DNA from: Octopus vulgaris
Lineage: Eukaryota
Length of the DNA stretch: 64,000 nucleotides
Assembly (NCBI GenBank): GCA_951406725.2
Contig: OX597832.1
Coordinates: forward strand, 40,858,001-40,922,000
Direction: 5' to 3'
Shown here: piece after piece, positions 1-11,285 of the stretch
How the letters are laid out: every line of letters begins with the position of its first letter
Numbering within the stretch: position 1 is the stretch's first letter
Made by a program: the position numbers and the translations under genes
The notes under the pieces: generated by a model
Seen by the model: the letters and a program-made list of their open reading frames with translations, nothing else
What the model was told of the DNA's origin: nothing
Database searches by the model: none

Positions 1-269
1 TGTCTGCTCAAACAAACTATTCTATCATTATTTGAATTCAGATTTTTTTTCAATTTACTGATTGATAAACTTACAGTAAATATATGTATTTGCATTTCTC
101 AGATAAAGAGTTTGTACACACAGACACACATTTATTAAAATATGAGGCATCCCACTGTTGCTAAGGACATTAGCAACATAAGTGAAGTGACGTAGCTTTC
201 GCAGGAATTGAAACCACATCAGTTTCATCTTGCCAGGAACTCATCTTCGTGTCTACAAATCTCACCTAA

Positions 270-720
270 TAGAAATAGAAATAACGGTTTCTAATTTAGG
301 CTTAAGGCTAGCAATTTTTGAGGAGAGATAATTAGAGAGGAAATATTGATCTTTGTACTTCATTTTATCGAACTTAGGTGAATGAATGGTAAAGCCAACC
401 TTGGTGAGATTTGAACTCAGAATGTAAAGAACCGTAACAAATACTACAAGGCATTTTTCTGATGCTCTGATGATTCTACCCATTTCCTGTCTTTAGAAAT
501 AATTATAATAATGGTTTCAAAATTTGGCACAACTTCAGGGGTGGGGTTAAGTTGATTACATCAACCCCAGTGCTCCACTGGTACCTATTTTATCAACCCT
601 GACAAGATAAAAGCAAAGTCGGCTTCAGTGGAATTTGAACTCAGGACGTAAAGCCAGAAGAAATGTTGTTAAGCATTTTACCCAGCAGCATGCTAACGAT
701 TCTGCCAACTTGCTGCCTTA
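270..720 (-). mobile_element. Two adjacent diverged family-B SINE copies
   Basis: Reverse-complement matches to the ctgagttcaaat B-box and gcctttcatcc...gataaa central domain. Confidence 0.7.
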
Positions 721-728
721 GAAATGAA

Positions 729-760
<32 letters not shown>

Positions 761-1393
761 TGATTTCATTGTATCTTAGGAAGGTCATTATACCATTAAT
801 AAACCCATATTTTGGTTCTTTCTTTTTTATTATTTATTAATTTAACATTTAACCATTTAACTAATTGATTGCTTGATTAATTACTTGGTCATTCAATCAA
901 TCAACTAAGTTTGTCAAAGTCCTTTCATCATCATTCTCAACTTTGCCCATGGCATTCCCCCTCTACTCTCTAATCCAGGTTTTTGCTTCAGATCTGCGTG
1001 ACCTTCCCAAGATACAATGAAATCTGTTTCAACACACGAGTTCATGTCAAGACTCCTGCAACCAAATACAATAACAAAACAATTTCTTTTGATTGATTAA
1101 TTTTTGGTTTTGTACATGTCTTAATACAATGGTTATGGTTTTAAAACGGTGACGTGGATTTTGTAATGCAATGGTTACGTTTAATATGTTTCATCTCACC
1201 TTGTATACTGTTGCTATAGAGTGTCAACCTAATTAATCACAAGAGTTCATATTGAATTACTTGGTGAGATGTGAACCTGGTTACGAATAACCAAACTAGT
1301 GTATTGTGTCATCTTGACCATATTGTTGTTGTTTCTACTGCATTGTGGCATCTTAGTCATGTTTTTATTTTGATTAATTCTTCTGTTTTCCAG

Positions 1394-1439
1394 TTATATG
1401 GGTGGTGCCAACTTTTGGGGAGGGACCAAGGAAGATGAC
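1394..1439 (+). CDS. DGKD: Type II diacylglycerol kinase (delta/eta-like), internal exon (S)YMGGANFWGGTKEDD
   Basis: ttttccag acceptor and GAC|gtaagt donor; the peptide matches the type II DGK accessory-domain motif SYAGGTNFWGGTKEDD. Upstream exons lie outside the window. Confidence 0.93.
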
Positions 1440-1494
1440 GTAAGTATGATTTGGAAGATGTCTTAGTTTTGTGTTTGTGGCTCTCTTTCCTACT

Positions 1495-1902
1495 CTCTCT
1501 TTTTACTCTGTTACTTGTTTCAGTCATTTGACTGTGGCCATGCTGGAGCACCGCCTTTAGTCGAGCAAATCGACCCCAGGACTTATTCTTTGTAAGCCTA
1601 GTACTTATTCTATCGGTCTCTTTTGCTGAACCGCTAAATTACGGTGATGTAAACACACCAGCATCGGTTGTCAAGTGATGTTGGGGGGACAAACACAGAC
1701 ACACAAACATATGCACACATATATATCTATACATATGTACGGCAGGCTTCTTTCAGTTTCCGTCTACCAAATCCACTCACAAGGCTTTGGTCAACCCGAG
1801 GCTATAGTAGAAGACACTTGCCAAAGGTGCCATGCAGTGGGACCGAACCCGGAACCATGTGGTTGGTAAACAAGCTACTTACCACACAGCCACTCCTACG
1901 CC
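1495..1902 (-). mobile_element. Family-A tRNA-derived CORE-type SINE (octopus OR/OK-like), full length
   Basis: Head ggcgtaggagtggctgtgtggtaag, ggttccgggttc B-box, ccttgggcaagt-like core, internal (TA/TG)n, tail gactgaaacaagtaa; many copies in the window. Confidence 0.9.
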
Positions 1903-2533
1903 TTGAAAGTGACCCAAGGTCTGGATATCCTGCAACTGCCATCACCAAAGAAAGCTTTGCTTGTCTTCAGCCCATGGTGATGGATGACAGGCAATTGACT
2001 ATAAATCAAATATCCAGTGCTATTAGGATGTTCCATGAGAGAGTCAGGAATACTCTGCACAATGAATTTGGAATGATTACAGTTTCTGCTTGGTGGGGGC
2101 CATGTCTTCTGACACCTGATCAGAAGTGTACCAGGCTGATGACATCATGGGAAAACTCTGACATTATCTGAGGCAGAGCCAGCTGGTTTCCTTGAACATT
2201 TCCTAACCCAGAATGAGTGTTGGGTTCATCACTTTGAGCCAAAGACAAATAGACAATCCATGCAGTGGAAACACCTCTCCTCACCTCCTCTAAAGAAGGC
2301 CAAGGTCATTTCATCTGCAGGGAAGGTAATCTGTTCCCCAATGTCATATCTGCTGTTGATGACTTTTTTGCCCAGCAGGATGAAACCTTCTTCGGCAATG
2401 GGATCCAAGCACTGCAACACCGATGGGAGAAGTGTGTGGACTGCAAAGGGGTTTATGTTGAAAAATAAACTTCATTTGATCACACCCCAGAGAATATCTT
2501 AGCTAGCCTACGAACCTTTCAGCTGACCCTTCT
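1903..2533 (+). mobile_element. Decayed, internally deleted mariner element (3' part)
   Basis: DPRSGYP, DDRQLTI, VSAWW.P, GIQALQHRWEKCVDCKGVYVEK*; ends in a TIR-like tacgaacctttcagctgaccct followed by TA. Confidence 0.85.
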
Positions 2534-2781
2534 ACATATTCTTTCCACTTGGATCCCTTGTTTGTTTAACTGCCGCCCTTTACATGCATAACATACCCAC
2601 ACCAGCTCAGTCTTCTCTCTTGGCCACTGCATCTGATCCCTTTTAAACCCAGTTTTTCTTTCAGCACCTTTGTGTTCCATCATTCATGAACATATCCAAC
2701 AGAGCACACCCACCTCAATTCTTTGCAGTCTCCATACATTTTCCATATCTGATGTCCATGCTTCACTCATGATATATAAAA

Positions 2782-3008
2782 GGCGGCGAGCTGGCAGAAT
2801 CGTTAGCACGCCGGGCGAAATGTGTAGCCACATTTCGTCTGCCGTAGTGTTCTGGGTTCTAATTCCGCTGAGGTCGACTTTGCCTTTCATCCTTTCGGGG
2901 TCGATAAATTAAGTACCATTTACGCACTGGGGCTCGATGTAATCGACTTAATCCGTTTGTCTGTCTTTGTTTGTCCCCTCTGTGTTTAGCCCCTTGTGGG
3001 TAGTAAAG

Positions 3009-3012
<4 letters not shown>
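2782..3012 (+). mobile_element. Family-B SINE (tRNA head, gcctttcatcctttcggggtcgataaa domain)
   Basis: Near-identical copies at 4683, 6101, 11074, 23093 and 61977. Confidence 0.9.
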
Positions 3013-3055
<43 letters not shown>

Positions 3056-3116
3056 ACAACTCTGCCTTTGTTCTTATTACAAAAACTACATGCATACCCT
3101 ATATATTGCTTTGTAG

Positions 3117-3230
3117 AATTTCACTGCTCCCAGCTTTGATGACAAAATACTAGAAGTTGTTGCAGTATTTGGTTCTATGCAAATGGCTGTATCCCGAGTG
3201 ATAGACTTACACCATCATCGTATAGCACAG
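3117..3230 (+). CDS. DGKD: DGK exon [38 protein letters not shown]
   Basis: ttgtag acceptor, CAG|gtgagt donor, 114 nt, phase 0/0; closely resembles the vertebrate DGKD accessory domain. Confidence 0.96.
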
Positions 3231-3352
3231 GTGAGTGACATATTTCCTTCGTCATTAATTAGCATAGGTAAGTGACACATTTACATCATTGCTGCACAAC
3301 ATAAGTGAATGACATATTTACTCTTTCGTTGTATATAACACAGGTGGACGAC
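3221..3352 (+). repeat. Degenerate ~37-40 bp tandem repeat containing the exon 5' splice site
   Basis: Four units of tagcac/tag-gt(g/a)agtgacatattt type. Confidence 0.7.
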
Positions 3353-3546
3353 CTAGAAAGATCGTGCAAAATCTTGTCGTAAATGTATATATTTCTGTAT
3401 TTGGTTATAATAACATCTTTCTATACCTGACTGTTCCAGCAAAGCATATTTATAGTAATTGGAAGGTTTATGATCTGTTCATTATACCTGGAGGTTTTTG
3501 TGATTGATTGCAATTATACCGTTTCTGAGACTTAAAATATATGTAG

Positions 3547-3920
3547 AGGCATGGACTGTGTGGTTGAGAAGCTTACCAACCACTTAGACTTGGGTTCAGT
3601 CTCACTTCACAGCACCCTTGGGCAAGTGCCTTCTACTATTGATCCAGGCCAACCATAGCCTTGTGAGTGGATTTGGTAGACAGGAACTGTTAGAAGCCTG
3701 TTGAATATTCTTTTATTCTTTAGTTTCAGTCAGTTGACTGTGGCCATGCTGGAGCACCACCTTAAAGGGTTTTTAAGTCAAAGAAATCAACCCTTAGACT
3801 TATTCTTTGCATGCCTAGTACTTATTCTATTAGTCTCTTTTCCCCCGAACTGCTAAGTTACGGGGGCATAACCACACCAACATCAGTTGTCAAGCGATAG
3901 TGGGGTGGACAATCACAGAT
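3547..3920. mobile_element. Family-A SINE head (+) abutting a family-A tail (-)
   Basis: 3547-3700 matches the head on +; 3705-3920 matches the tail on -. Confidence 0.75.
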
Positions 3921-4160
3921 GATGGTGAGAATTAATTTTTAGCCTGTTACAGTTAAATTCTAAGAAATTTTTCAGGACTACAATTTTTGTGGTCAAATTC
4001 TGTTTTCTCGTAGCCCAGTATATAATCTTGGATACACAGTTTTTTATTTTGCTGAAAGTCTCAATTAATTGTGTTGTAAAGTTGGATTCTTATGATTTAA
4101 CATTTTAAATTGCATTTAGAATTTTCATTTCTTTTATTTCATTATTTTTGTGTTTTGCAG

Positions 4161-4295
4161 TGTCGGACGGTGAAGGTGACAATTATGGGTGATGAAGGTG
4201 TACCAGTACAGGTGGATGGTGAAGCTTGGATGCAGCCACCCGGATATATCCGTATTGTACATAAAAACAGAGCGCAGATGTTGACAAGAGATCGG
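4161..4295 (+). CDS. DGKD: DGK exon [45 protein letters not shown]
   Basis: ttttgcag acceptor, CGG|gtaag donor, 135 nt; contains the PVQVDGEAW signature of DGK accessory domains. Confidence 0.97.
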
Positions 4296-4309
4296 GTAAG
4301 ATATTATCT

Positions 4310-4663
4310 TTCATCTTTTACTTGTTTCAGTCGTACTGAGGCACCATCTTGAAGCATGAAACACATCAACCCCAGTACTTATTTTTTTAAAACCTGGTAC
4401 TTATTGTATTAGTCTCTTTTGCTGAACCACCAAGTTTCAGGAACATAAGCAAACCAACACCATTTGTTAAATGGTAGTGAGAGAGAAACTTGACACAAAG
4501 TCACACACACACACACACACACACAGCAAACTTCTTTCGGTATCAAATTCACTTACAAAGCATCGGTTGGCCCAGATCTATTATAGAAGCTTTTTGTCCA
4601 AGGTACCATGCGGTGGACTAAACCTAAAATTATGTGCATGGGAAACAAACTTCTTAACCACAC
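4310..4663 (-). mobile_element. Diverged family-A SINE
   Basis: Tail, (CA)n and head motifs in reverse orientation. Confidence 0.75.
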
Positions 4664-4682
4664 AATTAATTAATTAATTTAA

Positions 4683-4913
4683 GGCGGGCGAGCTGGCAGA
4701 ACCGTTAGCACGCTGGGCGAAATGCTTAGCTGTATTTTGTCTGTCGTTACCTTCTGAGTTCAAATTACGCCGAGGTTGACTTTGCCTTTCATCCTTTTGG
4801 GGTCGATAAATAAAGTACCAGTTTCGCACTGGGGTCGATGTAATCGACTTAATCCCTTTGTCTGTCCTTGTTTGTCCCCTCTGTGTTTAGCCCCTTGTGG
4901 GTAGTAAAGAAAT
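4683..4913 (+). mobile_element. Family-B SINE
   Basis: High identity to 2782-3012; aattaattaat on both flanks. Confidence 0.9.
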
Positions 4914-5308
4914 ATAAATTAATTAATGGGTGGAGAAAAAGAATCAATATTCGCGTTGTTTTTGTATCTTGGGTATTGTTTTCGTCCATTTGTTTTTACA
5001 TCTGTTTTGTCATACCAGCTTGAGTTAAATGAATATATTATCGAAGCATTTTTTACAGCTGGATAATCCATCGTTAGCCCTTACTTGTTTTCAAATGTTT
5101 AAACTATGCCAACTTGTATGCCTAAAATACAGTGTTCCACATGCTTTTAAAGGTGCAAAGCTATTGGGCAGTTTGTTCACAAGAGAAACAACAACATCTT
5201 CACCATTTATACCTTATGTTGCTGTCATTTCCTCTGTCAACTAAATTATCCACTGGCTTCTTCGCTACAATATTTATAATGTCGTTCAAACTTATGTTTT
5301 CTCAACAG

Positions 5309-5445
5309 ATTTTTGAAAATGTTTTGAAAACCTGGTCAAACAAACAGAAAGTTCCCCAAGCTTCCAGTCCTGGACCGGCTCTGGTGTTGGAAGACGAAGC
5401 TGCTCTACACAGCTTTATAGAAGTGTCATCTGAATTTATAGATTG
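5309..5445 (+). CDS. DGKD: DGK exon IFENVLKTWSNKQK...SEFID
   Basis: caacag acceptor, TG|gtgagt donor (phase 2); FENVLKTW corresponds to FESTLKSW of DGKD/H. Confidence 0.92.
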
Positions 5446-5762
5446 GTGAGTATTTGATATTGATACTGTATGATTTTGTGGGGGATGGATGGGAAAGCAT
5501 GTGTTTCATTAAACACAGCCCCAAGAGGGTGATAAAGAGAGTCACATATATATGTTGAAGTTGTAGGTTATTTGAGGGCAGCAGATCATATAAAATTGCT
5601 GGTGTGTCACTGTCTCCATGGCTGAGATAATTTTCTGCTCCCTCCAGTATTTCTCATCTGTGGCTCTAGAGACCACAGGAAGTATACAGCAGTAAAGACA
5701 AGCTTTCATTTATGTTAGACAGCCTGTAGTCCTTAATGTTGTATAAAGTATATATATATATA

Positions 5763-6000
5763 TAATGAAATTATTGTATACAGTGCTCAGGTGCACCACA
5801 ACTTGTCAGAAAGTGCGTATAAAGCATATGCAGTAATGTACAAATGTCTGGAAAGCGAACAGTGTATGAGTCAGATACATGCTTGTGTGTGTATGGAGGG
5901 GAGGAAATCAGGTGTAGTGTTGGCGAATCTCAGGAAGCATGGAAGTTTTGAAGGATGCAGTGCTCCGACAACTAACAACTCATGCCGGCAGTTTGTTCCA
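5763..6000 (-). mobile_element. CR1-clade LINE 3' end fragment
   Basis: Minus strand encodes WNKLPA.VVSCRSTASFKTSMLPEIRQHYT* plus 3' UTR; same family at 48508 and 58701. Confidence 0.85.
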
Positions 6001-6100
6001 GAGACGAGGCTGTTTATATTGAACAGATGGGAGAGTTTTTGTGGATGCTATAAGTAGTTGCAGTAGGAGAGCTGGCAGATGAGAAGAAGGACAAGTTGAA

Positions 6101-6331
6101 GGCGGCAAGCTGGCAGAAACGTTAGCATGCCGGGCGAAATGCTTAGCAGTATTTCGTCTGCCGCTACGTTCTGAGTTCAAATTCCGCCGAGGTCGACTTT
6201 GCCTTTCATCCTTTCGGGGTCGATAAATTAAGGACCAGTTTTGCACTGGGGTCGATGTAGTCGACTTAATCCCTTTGTCTGTCCTTGTTTGTCCCCTCTA
6301 TGTTTAGCCCCTTGTGGGCAGTAAAGAAATA
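6101..6331 (+). mobile_element. Family-B SINE
   Basis: High identity to other copies; tagttgcagt repeated upstream and downstream. Confidence 0.9.
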
Positions 6332-6488
6332 TATAAATAGTTGCAGTGTGCTGCTTGTAGAGAGTATCAGTCTTACTGAGCAGATAAAGGAGCATTACTT
6401 GTCCCCCTCCACAGGGTGAAGTTGGCTCTGCTCATGTAGACTACCACTTGTCCTTCTTCTCCTCATCCCTTGTTCTCTTCCATTACAG

Positions 6489-6621
6489 TGTGAAATCGTC
6501 TGCTAATCAACACAGTGCTCTTGAACAAGATCTTTATTCCCATTCCTCTGAAGCATCAGAACGCCTGGATGCTTTGTGTCTTTCAGGGAAACTTGCTGAA
6601 TCAAATTCTTCACTGACCGAA
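6489..6621 (+). CDS. DGKD: DGK exon (C)VKSSANQHSALEQDL...SSLTE
   Basis: Pyrimidine tract plus ttacag acceptor in phase 2, GAA|gtgagt donor; open frame. Confidence 0.88.
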
Positions 6622-6664
6622 GTGAGTAAATCCATTTTCTTGTCGTTATTACTTGGCTTACACC

Positions 6665-6995
6665 TCCACCATTTTGCCATCACTAACTCCTCCACTTCAT
6701 CTCCACCCCCACTGTTATGTCATCTCTAAACCTTTATCTTCTTCCCTTCTATCTATGGAGGCATAAACACTTTCACACACATATACGTATGATGGAATTT
6801 CCACCTACCAAATTCACTTTCATCTTGTCATCACTAAATCTACATCCCCACTTCCACCATCTTGTCATCACTAAATCCACATCTACGTCCCTTGTCATCA
6901 TTAAATATACACCCCCATAACTCTGACTTCACTAAATCTCCATCTCCACTACCCTGTCATCACTAACCTACATCTCCATCCTGCTGTCATCAATA
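6665..6995 (+). repeat. Degenerate ~30-37 bp intronic minisatellite (ttgtcatcactaaatcYacatctcca)
   Basis: About 8 imperfect units. Confidence 0.7.
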
Positions 6996-7092
6996 AAACA
7001 AGGAGAATATTTTGGCTGGATATTTAAAAGTAGACTCACTTCAAAGAAATAGAGATTTTTTTGTAAAGTTTCTCTTTATGTTTTCCTTTCAG

Positions 7093-7185
7093 CCCTCACT
7101 GCGACCTTTACTCTCCGATTTTGTCAATAGCATGAAAATTCTTTACAATGAAACACACATTTTTCTACGAGAAAAGTCTCCTTCT
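7093..7185 (+). CDS. DGKD: DGK exon PSLRPLLSDFVNSMKILYNETHIFLREKSPS
   Basis: ttcctttcag acceptor, TCT|gtaagt donor, 93 nt, phase 0/0. Confidence 0.87.
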
Positions 7186-7457
7186 GTAAGTATCTCTGTT
7201 TAGAGGAGTGAATTTCTGTGTTTTGCATATTTGATTTAGGTTCTTGATTACATTATTATTGTAATAGCTATGTAGTTGTCTGTGATCACCTTGGCTTAAG
7301 TATAGTATGTTGATGGTAGATGCTTGGACATGGAGCAACCTACAGGTGAGGTAACTCACCTGTACTACTTTTCAGTCTCTTCTGGGACTAAGCTTCATTA
7401 TATTCTTCCATTTTGCAGTGGTTGGTTGTGTGAAATAGTGTGTGGAGTGATTAGTTA

Positions 7458-7508
<51 letters not shown>

Positions 7509-7529
7509 ATAAATATTAGGGAATAAATC

Positions 7530-7593
7530 CACCTGATGAATGACTGTAACTCGAAAATTTAAAGAAATTAACAGCCATGAAACGATCATAGTG
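7530..7593 (+). ncRNA. Minimal type I hammerhead ribozyme motif in a Penelope-like LTR fragment (7505-7720)
   Basis: CAC-CTGATGA-ATGACTGT...ACAGCCAT-GAAA-CGATCA-TA-GTG; canonical core, one mismatch each in stems II and III. Confidence 0.65.
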
Positions 7594-7715
7594 TTATATT
7601 AATTATATTTTTTTAATAATTTTGTTATATATTTAAATAATATAAATTAAATAATCTTATGTATTGGCTTAAGTTTTTCATTGTATGATTTGCCTAATAG
7701 TGGTTTTGTCTCTAA

Positions 7716-7751
<36 letters not shown>

Positions 7752-7785
7752 AATATTTTTCATCCCAAATTCTTTAAATTCACAG

Positions 7786-7899
7786 ACATATTACAATCGT
7801 GATGCTCAATTAAGTGGGTTACTAACAAAATTAGAAGCTGAAATGAGGAAAATAGTTGATGTCACTGGACTTGTGAATTTACAAACGAGTCAAGAAGAG
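7786..7899 (+). CDS. DGKD: DGK exon TYYNRDAQLSGLLTKLEAEMRKIVDV...SQEE
   Basis: tcacag acceptor, GAG|gtaagt donor, 114 nt; helical segment as in the type II DGK linker. Confidence 0.87.
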
Positions 7900-8279
7900 G
7901 TAAGTTGTTTCTCACATTTATCTATTAACCGCAACATTCATTCATACTTACAACAACAGCCGACGTACTCGTTAAGAAGTATTCCGTTGTCGTCATCATC
8001 GTCATCATCATCATCATCATCATGTCCAAGCTCACATGGGTCAGATGGAATTTATTGAGGCAGATTTTCTACAGCTGGGCACCCTTCTTGTTGCCAACTC
8101 TCAACTGTTTCCAAGCGGCCAGACATGTTTGCATGGAAGATTGGAAATGAAGGAAACCACTTGCATGACGGTGGCACTCGTTTACAGCTGCCACACAATG
8201 CCAAGGCAAGGACACATACATGCACACACACACATGCACATACACATGCACACACACATGCATATACACATGCACATGT

Positions 8280-8630
8280 GACAGGGCCTCTTTCAGTCTC
8301 TCCCAAATCCACTCACAGAGCTTTGCCTGGTGTCATGCTATCATAGAAGACACTTGCCTAAGAGACCACGCAGTGGGACTGAACCTGAAATCATGTGGTT
8401 CAGTGGTTCCCTAACTTTTTAGAGTCGCGACCCACTATTTATCACACCAGTTTATGACGACCCACTTAACTCTCTACTCGAACTATCTCGATAGACAGCA
8501 GTTAATCAAAGCTAATGCGTGATTTTATAACTTTTTGCGACCTGCTAAGATTCCGTTCGCGACCCATCTGTGGGTCACGACTCATAGTTTGGGAACCACT
8601 GATGTGGTTGAAACTTCCTACCGCACAACC
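8280..8630 (-). mobile_element. Family-A SINE head interrupted by a hAT MITE
   Basis: SINE sequence resumes after 8601. Confidence 0.75.
8401..8601. mobile_element. hAT-type MITE
   Basis: TIR CAGTGGTTCCC/GGGAACCACTG; perfect 8-bp TSD ATGTGGTT (8393-8400, 8602-8609). Confidence 0.92.
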
Positions 8631-8834
8631 AATCTGTGGTATAATCATTAAAAACAGATCTTGAATCGAAACATTTCACTTAGATAATCGTCTGGTTTTT
8701 GTCTTCATTGTGATCAAAGAAAACTCTGGTGACATATTTTGTGGTTGTTCCAAAGATATCAACTCATCTTAATAGCTTCCTTGTTTGTATTTTTGCTGTA
8801 TTGTTTGTAATTTTGCCCTTTCATTCACCACCAG

Positions 8835-8955
8835 ATGTCCACATCAGAACAAAAACATCGTAAGGGAGGCAAATTCCGGCAGGTTTACAGCAAATTGAAG
8901 GGCAAAGGTCGTGATAAAGAACGAGACAAGAACAGTTCTCAGGCAGCTTCAACAG
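8835..8955 (+). CDS. DGKD: DGK exon MSTSEQKHRKGGKFRQVYSKLKGKGRDKERDKNSSQAAST (basic pre-SAM segment)
   Basis: ccaccag acceptor; CAG|gttatt donor in phase 1, matching the phase-1 SAM exon. Confidence 0.85.
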
Positions 8956-9960
8956 GTTATTATTCTACTCTCTATATTCATCATCATCATCGTTTAACGT
9001 CCGTTTTCCATGCTAGCATGGGTTGGACAGTTTTATTATTTTAATCTCTAATAATGGCCAATATTAATGTTGGTTTCTCTAGTCACACTTTATATTGTGT
9101 AGGGAATAAAACAGATACAGAGAGAGAGAGAGAGTTAGCAGAAAAGGTGCAGCATGAGTACACATACTAGGCTTGGTGACAGGCAATTAGTAAAGGAATG
9201 CTTTTAAGAAAAAATTTTAAAAACATTTGTTTGCATTTTGAAATGAGTTGTCATTTTCCAAAATTACTTTTACATGTATGTGTATGTGTCTGCATGCCTG
9301 TGTGTGTGTGTGTGTGTGTGTGTGCGTGCATGTGTGTGTGTGGAGAGAGATGCATAACTCCAGTTTGGTTCCCCCTGACATTTTGATTCTTATAACATTC
9401 TGAAGAAATTTTGCAGAGATAGGTTTTTCAGTGGTGAAGATTGTAATTATATTAATAAAATTTAGAAAAATATTAACATACAAATGAGAAATTTGATATA
9501 TTTAATTTTATTTTAAGGTAATAAATATTTTTGTTTTGAAAATTTGTAATGTTAATGTGCATGAACAACAAGGCACAAATGAACTCAGAGAAAAATGGGA
9601 GAGAGAGAGAAATCAGATGTAGTAGTAGTAGTAGTAGTAGTAGTAGCAAGAGAGGAGACTGCACTGGTATAGACTTGTGATGATAGTTGGGCGAAGAAGT
9701 GCCAAGATATCCAAATTAAAGGACCCTGTAGAAGGGAAAGATATAGACAAAGGGGTCAAAGTTGATTTCATTTTATAAAAGTAATGATAAGTGACTGCAA
9801 AAAGAAACAATATGCTGTGCTGGAGAAGATTGATCCATACAAGCATGGAAAATCGACAACCCCCTCCCCCAGATAATGAGGGCAGTGGTGCTTGCAGCCC
9901 CTGATGATTGTAGACATATGCTATGTGATTAAGAGGGAGCAAATCTGGGAAATAACATAA

Positions 9961-10540
9961 CCCTTTAGTATTTAAACCAGCTATATTGAGCCAAAATATT
10001 CCATTTGTTTTATGTTCAAACTGGTCAAGTACAGTCTCTTACACCTATGCTACAATGTCATGCTAAAAGTAAACAATCCTATAATCGAAATCTCAAAGCT
10101 ACAACATAATGCATAATTAATTCCAAACATAATTGCAGCGTGGAAGATGTTTATAAGCCATTTAAGAAACAAACAAAAAAAACTGTTAGATTCACTTCAA
10201 CATTTAAATGTAATTTGTGTCAAAATATTTTCGTTGCTTTGAAACCCTGACCTGTTCATTGACAAAACTTTGTCCTGCATCTCAAAGTTTTGTCAGTGAA
10301 CAGGTCATGGTCTCAAAGCAACGAAAATATTTTGACACAAATTCAGTTTAAATGTTGAAGTGAATCTAATGGTTTTTTTGTGTTCTTAAATGGCTTATAA
10401 ACAACCTCCATGCTGCAATTGTTTTTGTTTCAGCACATGATCTCAGATCAAGTCACTTGCTATGCAAGTACATCTCCATAATTCCAAACGATGTGAATAA
10501 AAAGCGATACATTTGACAAACTAATCTGGATGCTGAAGGG
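9961..10540. mobile_element. piggyBac-like MITE hosting a fold-back insertion
   Basis: (a)TAA|CCCTTTAGTAT ... ATGCTGAAGGG|TTAA termini. Confidence 0.7.
10129..10478. mobile_element. Fold-back Penelope-LTR-like element, G3-C8 hammerhead family
   Basis: ~140-bp inverted arms; 11-bp TSD TAATTCCAAAC (10118-10128, 10479-10489); homologous to 51778-52066 and 60835-61039. Confidence 0.8.
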
Positions 10541-10602
10541 TTAAAGAGTCTTTGTACAAAAATACGTTTATCTTGGTAATAGTGATGATTCCTTTGTTAC
10601 AG

Positions 10603-10745
10603 ATCTGAAAAATATTGAAGACTGGAGTACAGCTGAAGTAGCAATGTGGTTGGAGACACTGGCTCTTGGAGAGTACCAACAGAATTTTGTAACAAATGAA
10701 ATCCGAGGTTCAGAATTACTGTCGTTAGAACGAAGTGATCTCAAA
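10603..10745 (+). CDS. DGKD: DGK SAM domain exon 1 (D)[47 protein letters not shown]
   Basis: ttacag acceptor, AAA|gtaagt donor; classic SAM pattern W..EV..WL..L.L.EY...F....I.G..LL.L...DLK. Confidence 0.96.
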
Positions 10746-11073
10746 GTAAGTACCGTTTTGTTGTCTTTCTAAATATTGCCACACATCCAAATTGCCAAAC
10801 AGTGTTTTTTGGTTTATGTCACTAGAAGTGATTCCTTTATTCATTTGAACTAAGGCTGGTGCTAAATGTGTGTCAGTTATGATAATAGAAAAATGGGCAG
10901 GAATGACTGGTCAGTCGGTGCTTATACCAAAAGCTAATCTAATGTCACTAAAACAGCAGTTTGGAAATTGGAACTGGAAATCATTAGATTTCATGGTGGA
11001 ACAAGATTACTTGTGGCTAAATCAGTGGAAGTTGACTGTGTAAATGTGTGTGTGTGTATCTATTACATACAAA

Positions 11074-11285
11074 CTGGCAGACACGTTAGCGCGCCGGGCG
11101 GAATGCTTAGCGGTATTTCGTCTGTCGTTACGTTCTGAGTTCAAATTCCGCCGAGGTCGACTTTGCCTTTCATCCTTTCGGGGTCGATAAATAAAAGTAC
11201 CAGTTTCGCACTGGGGTCGATGTAATCGACTTAATCCCTTTGTTTGTCCTCTCTATGTTTAGCCCCTTGTGGGCAATAAAGAAAT
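11074..11285 (+). mobile_element. Family-B SINE
   Basis: High identity to other copies. Confidence 0.9.

Noticed and set aside
90-260. ttctcag acceptor-like site near the window start
   Set aside because: No DGK-like peptide and no matching phase-2 donor for the expected ...LNIP-S exon.
6665-6995. Repeat-spacer-like pattern resembling a CRISPR array
   Set aside because: Eukaryotic intron; units are degenerate tandem repeats without unique spacers or cas genes.
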